Shown here in pieces: positions 58,132-64,000 of a DNA stretch of 64,000 nucleotides. Within the stretch, counting starts at the first letter, position 1, and each line of letters starts with the position of its first letter. A program made the translations under genes and the position numbers. The stretch lies in assembly GCA_964609835.1 (NCBI GenBank), contig CAZSTH010000007.1:7309-71308 (forward strand), in the 5' to 3' direction. This DNA comes from an uncultured Thermoanaerobaculia bacterium. GTDB taxonomy: Bacteria; Acidobacteriota; Thermoanaerobaculia; Thermoanaerobaculales; Sulfomarinibacteraceae. The notes under the pieces are model-generated. The model ran no database searches. It was not told where the DNA came from and worked only from the letters and a program-made list of their open reading frames with translations.

Positions 58132-58313
58132 TCCGATTCCGTTCCCGATCCCGATGACAGCGTGTGCCACCGGCGTCGGCCGCCGCTGTCGTTGCTCGCT
58201 GAAGCTGACATCGGACCCGGCCGCGGAGTCGGATCGGGCTTCGCCTGTCAGCCTCGCCCCGGCGAATGCGGACTTGGGGAGGATCGGGAACGGGGTCGGG
58301 ATCGGGATCGGAT
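58131..58313. repeat. Inverted hexamer-repeat element, same family as 15915-16044
   Basis: ATCCGATTCCGTTCCCGATCCCGAT (58131-58155) and ATCGGGAACGGGGTCGGGATCGGGATCGGAT (58283-58313). Confidence 0.82.
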
Positions 58314-58343
58314 GGTGCACGCGGTCCCAGGTATGATCTCCAC

Positions 58344-59339
58344 ATGCCTGACGTCGAGTCCGAGCGGGCCACGGCCGTCGCCCACCCCAACATCGCGCTG
58401 GTGAAGTACTGGGGGAAGGCTGATTCGGCGCGCAACCTCCCGGCCGTCGGCTCGCTGTCGATCACCCTCGACGGAATGACCACCACCACCTCTGTGCGCT
58501 TCGATGCGGGCCTCGGCCGCGACGTCTTCCGCCTCGGCGGGCGAGAGCTGCCCGAGATGGCGCAGCGGGTGTCGGCCTGCCTCGACCGTTTCCGCAGCCG
58601 GACCGGGGTCGGGGCCTACGCGGTGGTGGAGAGCGACAATGACTTCCCGACCGCCGCGGGCCTCGCCTCGTCAGCGTCCGGTTTCGCGGCGCTGGTGGTG
58701 GCAGCAGACGCCGCTGCGGGCAGCGGCCTCGACCGCGGCGAGCTGGCCGACCTCGCGCGCCACGCCTCGGGCTCGGCGGCGCGCTCACTGTTCGGCGGTT
58801 TCGCCGAGATCGAGCTCGTGCCGGGAGACGATGGCCCCGCGGCGCGGGCGCGGCGGCTGCTCGACGAGACGGAGTGGCCGCTGCGGGTGGTGGTCGCGGT
58901 GACCGCGACGGCGGCGAAGAAGACAGGCTCCACCACCGGCATGGAGCACACCCGGGCCACCTCCGCCTTCTACCCGGCCTGGGTCGAAACTCATCCCGCC
59001 GACCTCGACCGCGCGCGGGCTGCGGTGGCTGCCCGCGATTTCGAGGCGCTGGCCGCGGTCAGCGAGGTGAGCTGTCTGAAGATGCACGCCGTCATGCTGT
59101 CCGCGTGCCCGGGCCTTGTGTACTGGAATGGCGCCACGGTGGAGGGGATCCGCCGCGTACGCGAGCTCCGCGAGGCCGGCGTACCGGTGTTCTTCACGAT
59201 CGATGCAGGCCCCCAGCTCAAGGCGGTGTGCTTGCCCGAGGCCGCTTCGCGGGTGGGGGACGCGCTCGCCGGGATTGCCGGTGTGGACCGCCTGATCGAG
59301 AGCGGTCTCGGTGCCGGCGCCCGGATCGTCACGGAATGA
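58344..59339 (+). CDS. mvaD: Diphosphomevalonate decarboxylase
   Basis: AHPNIALVKYWGK, FPTAAGLASSASGFAA, SGSAARS and FTIDAGP. Confidence 0.95.
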   Translation: MPDVESERATAVAHPNIALVKYWGKADSARNLPAVGSLSITLDGMTTTTSVRFDAGLGRDVFRLGGRELPEMAQRVSACLDRFRSRTGVGAYAVVESDNDFPTAAGLASSASGFAALVVAADAAAGSGLDRGELADLARHASGSAARSLFGGFAEIELVPGDDGPAARARRLLDETEWPLRVVVAVTATAAKKTGSTTGMEHTRATSAFYPAWVETHPADLDRARAAVAARDFEALAAVSEVSCLKMHAVMLSACPGLVYWNGATVEGIRRVRELREAGVPVFFTIDAGPQLKAVCLPEAASRVGDALAGIAGVDRLIESGLGAGARIVTE

Positions 59340-60403
59340 CGATCGTCGCGTCATCGCCGGGCAAGCTGGTCCTGATCGGCGAGTACGCCGTGCTGTTCGG
59401 AGCGCCGGCGTTGGTCGTGGCGGTGAACCGGCGGGCCGAGGTGAGGCTCGAACCGGTGCCCGGCACGGTGTGGTCGGTGGCCGCCCCGGGCCTTGCGGAG
59501 GTGCCGACCGAGCTCGAGATCGCTGCGGCCGGGCGCGTTCGGTGGGGCGATCCCGAGCTTGCGACGACCACCTTCAAGCTGGTCGATCGCCTGCTCGAAG
59601 CAATGGGAGATGCAGGTCGCCTGGCACGGCCGCGATCGGACGCTTGTGCGGTGACCCTCGACACCCGACAGTTCTTCGCCGCAGAGGACGGCCGCCGCAA
59701 GCTCGGGCTCGGGTCGAGCGCGGCCCTCACCACAGCCCTGGTGACGGCCCTCGGTCGGCTCGAGGAAGATCGGGTGGAGGACGAGAACGAGCTCACCCGG
59801 CTGTCGCACCTGGTGGCCCTGCACCGGGCGGTCCAGGGCGGCCGCGGCTCTGGCATCGATGTCGCGGCGAGCCTGCTCGGCGGCGTCGTGCGTTACCGGC
59901 TCGACGATGGCGGCGGCGTGGCCGAGGCCGCGCGCTGCAGCCTGCCGGCCGACCTCCACTGCCGCTTCATCTGGACCGGCCGCGCCGCCCGCACCGCTGA
60001 GTTCCTCGAGCGTCTCGAGGACGCTCGGGCAACCGACCGCGCGGCGGTCGACGCTGTGCTCGCGGAGCTTGCGAGCACCTCCGAGCGGGGGATCGCGGCG
60101 GTGGACGCGGGCGCCGGCGGCGATTTCCTGGCGGCGGCGGACGGTTTCGTGCCGGTCCTCGACGCACTCGGGCTGGCGATCGGCATGCCGGTGGTGTCGC
60201 CGCAGCACCGGACGCTGTGGCGGCTTGCCTCGAGGCTCGGAGTCAGCTACAAGCCGAGCGGGGCCGGTGGCGGCGACTTCGGATTGGCGCTGGCCCTCGA
60301 CCGGGATCGCCTGGAGGGCTTCTGTGAAGAGGCGTCGAACCTCGGCTCCACGCCCGTCGATCTGGCTGTCGACACGATTGGGACCTCTGTGACGGTTCGA
60401 TAG
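59336..60403 (+). CDS. GHMP kinase, probable phosphomevalonate kinase
   Basis: PGKLVLIGEYAVL, KLGLGSSAA, QGGRGSGIDVAAS and KPSGAGGGD; coupled to mvaD. Confidence 0.85.
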   Translation: MTIVASSPGKLVLIGEYAVLFGAPALVVAVNRRAEVRLEPVPGTVWSVAAPGLAEVPTELEIAAAGRVRWGDPELATTTFKLVDRLLEAMGDAGRLARPRSDACAVTLDTRQFFAAEDGRRKLGLGSSAALTTALVTALGRLEEDRVEDENELTRLSHLVALHRAVQGGRGSGIDVAASLLGGVVRYRLDDGGGVAEAARCSLPADLHCRFIWTGRAARTAEFLERLEDARATDRAAVDAVLAELASTSERGIAAVDAGAGGDFLAAADGFVPVLDALGLAIGMPVVSPQHRTLWRLASRLGVSYKPSGAGGGDFGLALALDRDRLEGFCEEASNLGSTPVDLAVDTIGTSVTVR

Positions 60404-60528
60404 AGTGTGCCGCCAGAGGCGTTTCGTTGTACCCTGGTCGGCAAAAGGTGCCTTGCAGGAGGTAGATCGAAGGCGACGGACCGCCGGTCCCGTCTGTTCG
60501 TGCACCGAGGGGCACTCCGGGGGTGGAA

Positions 60529-61020
60529 ATGAAGATTCGATCGCCACGCCGCGTCAGCCGCAGCTACACGCAGAAGCTGGAAGGTGGCGCCGATCGCGTC
60601 TTCGAGCTGCTGTGCCCGGTCCGGGAGACCGAGTGGGTCAACGACTGGCGGCCGAGGGTCGTGTTCTCGGAGTCCGGGCTCGCCGAGCCCGGCTGCGTCT
60701 TCATCACCCCGGCGCTTCCCGAGGATGCGCTGTGGCTGATGACCGAGTACGACCGCGACGCTCACCGATTGCAGATCATCAAGGTCATTCCGGGAGTGGT
60801 GGTCGGCACCATCGAGGTCCGGCTGCAGCCGGCGGGCGATGGCTGCACGGCCGACATCACCTACGCCTACACCTCGGTCAGCGACCACGGAGACCGCGCA
60901 CTCGGAGAGTTCACCGAGGCGCACTTCGAGAGCTTCATGAAAACCTGGGAGTCCGAGCTCAACCACTTTCTCAAGACCGGCCGCAAGCTCGATCTCGCCG
61001 GGTCGAGCAAGAGGGTATGA
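60529..61020 (+). CDS. Hypothetical protein, possibly SRPBCC-like
   Basis: VFELLCPVRETEW motif and C-terminal helix WESELNHFLKTG. Start uncertain (60523 or 60529). Confidence 0.6.
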   Translation: MKIRSPRRVSRSYTQKLEGGADRVFELLCPVRETEWVNDWRPRVVFSESGLAEPGCVFITPALPEDALWLMTEYDRDAHRLQIIKVIPGVVVGTIEVRLQPAGDGCTADITYAYTSVSDHGDRALGEFTEAHFESFMKTWESELNHFLKTGRKLDLAGSSKRV

Positions 61021-61126
61021 CAAACCTCGAGAATGTGATCGGCCTCCTTCGAAGCGCAGGGCACATCGTGGAGGAGGTGCCCTGATCCTGTGGTCCCATG
61101 CCGGACGGCGGACCCGGGCGCGAGGC

Positions 61127-63208
61127 TCAGTCCACGAACTCGATCTCCTGGATGTGCACCTTGTTGTCGCCGCTCTTGTCGATCACGACCACCACCTCCC
61201 GTGCCTCGGCGACGGGCTCGGGAAGGCGCAGCTCGTAGATCCCGAAGCCTTCGACGAGGTTGACCGCGGCGTCCGCCTCGTAAACCGCGCCGTTGGCGTC
61301 GGTGACACGAAGCCGCAGCCGGTAGCGCGGCGACCACACCTGGACGCGGGCGCCGGACACCGGGCGGGGAGTTGCAAGGCTGAAGATCAGTGCGCACGGG
61401 TCGGCATCGAGGGTGCGCGCGATCGTGTCCTCACGACGGTCGAAGAGGTTGTCTACCGTGCCGACGTCGAACTTCGGGTGCACCACGCGCAATCGAACTC
61501 CGTCGAGCTCGGTCTCCGTCTGCACGGGCCGCCGGCGTTCGGCCTGCTCGGCCTCGAAGATCGCGCGAGCGTCGTCGGAGTACTCGACCGGGACGATGTA
61601 GAAGCCGGGCCGGCCGTCAGGGTAGAGGATCACCTCCAGCGGCTCGTCCACCTCGAGCATCGGGTGCGAGCGCGCGAGCTCGTACTCGCCGGGCGTCATC
61701 ACGAATGGCTGGGTCGGCGCGATCTCGCGCGGCCGGAAATTGACCAGGTACTCCTCGATGACGCCCATGCGGACCCTCTGCAGGAGCTCCTCGTCGAGGA
61801 AGAAGCGGGGGAAGGCGTCGGGCCAGTTGGCCCAGCTGTGGGAAATGATGAAGCGAATGTCGCGGTCCTGCTCCAACATCGAACGGAGCACGCCGAAGAC
61901 CTGCTCGGCGCCCCACTGCAGGCCGCCCATGCCGTAGTCGTCGAACCAGGTCTTCCCTTGCTTCAGCGCGTCGGCGGTCATGGCGGCGGTCGCGCCGACC
62001 AGCACGGCGGCCACCGCTACGGCGAAGACCGCGGTCGGAACCCACGGCTTCAACCACCGCCGCAGCCGCTCGAGGCCGAGCACCGCGAGGGCCGTCGCCG
62101 GCACCATCATTGCCAGCACGCGGGTGATGCGGATGTCGACGATAGCGGCCGAGAAGGGCGCGGCGAGGACCGCGATCAGGAGCAGGCGGTCGAGTGACGA
62201 TCGCCACGAGCGCCACAGCGAGTGCGCGAGCCCGATGGCAATCGCGGGTGCCAGCCACAGCGGCAGCTGGCCGTAGCCCAGCATGCGGTGCCGCACCAGC
62301 TCCTCGACGTCGTCGAAGAACCAGTAGGCCGGGCTGAGCCCGTGGAGGTAGGTGCGGACGAAGATGGCGAGCTTCTCCTGCAGCGGCAGCTCCTGGACCC
62401 AGTAGGAGTTGAGGTCATAGAAGTGGTCGGCCATCATCTCCGGATGGAGGACGAACCGGAAGCGGAGGTAGGGGGCGGCCACCGCCGCCGCGGTGGCGGC
62501 CGCCGCCGCCACGGCCCAGGGCCGGGTGCGCACCACCCGCCAGTGGTAGCGCCAGTCGGCGACCAGGAGCAGGCTGCAGGTGACGAACATGACCCCCTGT
62601 CCGTTGGAGTAGCTGTAGAAGGTGGCGGCCCCGCAGACGACGGCAACCGGCAGCCACCATGGCGAGATCTTCCGATACAACACGTAGGCGCACACGAAGC
62701 ACGCGTAGAAGCCCACCATCATGGCGGTCTCGAAGGCGGTGCGCGAGTGCAGGAACCAGCTCGGGAGAGCGGCGAAGACGAGGCCGCCTAGCCACCACAG
62801 AGGGGTGCCGAAGCCGACCTTGAGTGAGACCATGAGCGCGGCGGCACCGAGCAGGCCGACGGCCACCGAGGTCGCCCGCACGACGGTGATGCTCTTGCCG
62901 AAAGCTGCGACCGTCGGTGCGTGCAGCCACACCGAGAGCCCGAGGTTGTAGACCTTGACGTTGAGGAAGTAGGGTGGAAAGAGGTTGCCGTCGCGATCGC
63001 GGAGGCCATTGTCGACCAGTTCGGCGGCCAGATTGGCCTGGGTCGCCTCATCGCAGAAGAAGTAGATCGGGAAGTCCGCGATGCCGATGAGCCGGGTGGC
63101 GGCGTAAAAGACCAGAACTCCCGCGAGCAGCGCCAGGTCGAGGCGGCTGAAGCGCAGGGAGGAGGTCGCGGGAATCTCCCGAGCGGTGGTCGAGTGGCTG
63201 TCGGTCAT
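61127..63208 (-). CDS. ArnT/PMT-like (GT-C) membrane glycosyltransferase
   Basis: N-terminal TM then DEA motif; many TMs; PSWFLHSRTAFE; periplasmic C-terminal domain. Confidence 0.72.
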   Translation of the reverse strand: MTDSHSTTAREIPATSSLRFSRLDLALLAGVLVFYAATRLIGIADFPIYFFCDEATQANLAAELVDNGLRDRDGNLFPPYFLNVKVYNLGLSVWLHAPTVAAFGKSITVVRATSVAVGLLGAAALMVSLKVGFGTPLWWLGGLVFAALPSWFLHSRTAFETAMMVGFYACFVCAYVLYRKISPWWLPVAVVCGAATFYSYSNGQGVMFVTCSLLLVADWRYHWRVVRTRPWAVAAAAATAAAVAAPYLRFRFVLHPEMMADHFYDLNSYWVQELPLQEKLAIFVRTYLHGLSPAYWFFDDVEELVRHRMLGYGQLPLWLAPAIAIGLAHSLWRSWRSSLDRLLLIAVLAAPFSAAIVDIRITRVLAMMVPATALAVLGLERLRRWLKPWVPTAVFAVAVAAVLVGATAAMTADALKQGKTWFDDYGMGGLQWGAEQVFGVLRSMLEQDRDIRFIISHSWANWPDAFPRFFLDEELLQRVRMGVIEEYLVNFRPREIAPTQPFVMTPGEYELARSHPMLEVDEPLEVILYPDGRPGFYIVPVEYSDDARAIFEAEQAERRRPVQTETELDGVRLRVVHPKFDVGTVDNLFDRREDTIARTLDADPCALIFSLATPRPVSGARVQVWSPRYRLRLRVTDANGAVYEADAAVNLVEGFGIYELRLPEPVAEAREVVVVIDKSGDNKVHIQEIEFVD

Positions 63209-63229
63209 CCGCCCTTTCGAGTATAGCGG

Positions 63230-63988
63230 TCAGCCGCCCTGGGCCAGCAGCAGCAGGCCGATCATGACCAGGGCGGCGCTGACCAGACGGCGGAAGAGGT
63301 CCTCGCTGAGGCCGAGGTGGATCCGTTGGCCGGCGACGGCGCCGACGAGGACCGCCGGCATGACCGCCGCCGCCGACCACAGCCGCGGCGCCGTGATCAG
63401 ATCGAGGGCCGCATAGGAAGGCACCCGGACCGCGGTCATGAGCAGGAAGATCGCCATCAGATTGCCGCGAAAGACCGACTTTTCGACGCCACGCAGCTGG
63501 TAGTAGAGGATCAGGGGCGGTCCGCCGGTTCCAAACAACCCGGTCAGCAGGCCGGAGGCGAGCCCGACCGAAACCTCCCATCGCCGGCCGCGACGAAGCC
63601 GTCCCGCGCGGTGCCGGACCAGGAAGACCGTTCCGACGGCCACCAGGAGGACGCCGAGGACCACCAGCAGGAACCGGGGCTCGGTCGTACGGAGCAGCCA
63701 GGCCCCAATGGGTATTCCGACCGCGATCGAGACGAAGAGCGCGAGCACGCCGCGCCAGTTGATCCGGCGCCACGAGCTGCTCACGACCCACAACTCGGCG
63801 GGCAGGTTGACGAGCAGCAGCAGCACGACCGCGTCGCGGAGCTCGGGCAGGATCAGGGCCAGTGTGCCGACCGCGATCAAGCCGGCACCGAAACCCAGCA
63901 TCACGTACACCGCTTCCGCGACCGCGAGAATGCTGCACGCGAGCAGGAACTGGGGGATGGAATCGAAGATCGTCTCGAGGCCGAGCAT
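63230..63988 (-). CDS. TauE/SafE family sulfite exporter-like membrane protein
   Basis: GFGAGLI, GIPIG and SGLLTGLFGTGGPP. Confidence 0.88.
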   Translation of the reverse strand: MLGLETIFDSIPQFLLACSILAVAEAVYVMLGFGAGLIAVGTLALILPELRDAVVLLLLVNLPAELWVVSSSWRRINWRGVLALFVSIAVGIPIGAWLLRTTEPRFLLVVLGVLLVAVGTVFLVRHRAGRLRRGRRWEVSVGLASGLLTGLFGTGGPPLILYYQLRGVEKSVFRGNLMAIFLLMTAVRVPSYAALDLITAPRLWSAAAVMPAVLVGAVAGQRIHLGLSEDLFRRLVSAALVMIGLLLLAQGG

Positions 63989-64000
63989 CGGCGGGCAGTG

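Overview
GC-rich bacterial chromosomal window. Gene content and order resemble an anaerobic Acidobacteriota, possibly Thermoanaerobaculia (inference, not proven). Left to right it contains: (1) a type II secretion/type IV pilus-like operon (F, E ATPase, PilM/N/O-like, secretin, three prepilins); (2) an M16 peptidase, dut, an MBL hydrolase, divergent large-type purL/purM and a CGGC protein; (3) rpsF-rpsR-DUF2232-rplI with a probable S6:S18 leader RNA, then a methyltransferase and an SDR; (4) an anaerobic redox block: a two-subunit 2-oxoacid:ferredoxin oxidoreductase (OFOR) behind a Rex/CRP-type box, then a Cys-rich MarR regulator heading a four-subunit OFOR, HdrA, FlxD/C, FlxB, FlxA and an HdrD-like protein; (5) an AAA+/DUF4143 ATPase; (6) a ~19 kb LacI-controlled beta-1,3-glucan (laminarin) utilisation locus without SusD (TonB-dependent receptor, GH3, GH17, GH149-type phosphorylase, GH16, two MFS transporters, one SSS transporter and a collapsed GH30 remnant); (7) an FGGY kinase, the mevalonate genes mvaD and phosphomevalonate kinase, an ArnT-like glycosyltransferase and TauE. 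The least explained signals are dispersed hairpins built from tandem 6- or 7-nt repeats, some translated inside prepilin leader peptides or a bridging mini-ORF. Also notable are several apparently leaderless genes and the OFOR-Flx-Hdr operon. All product calls come from motif recognition by eye; no database searches were run.
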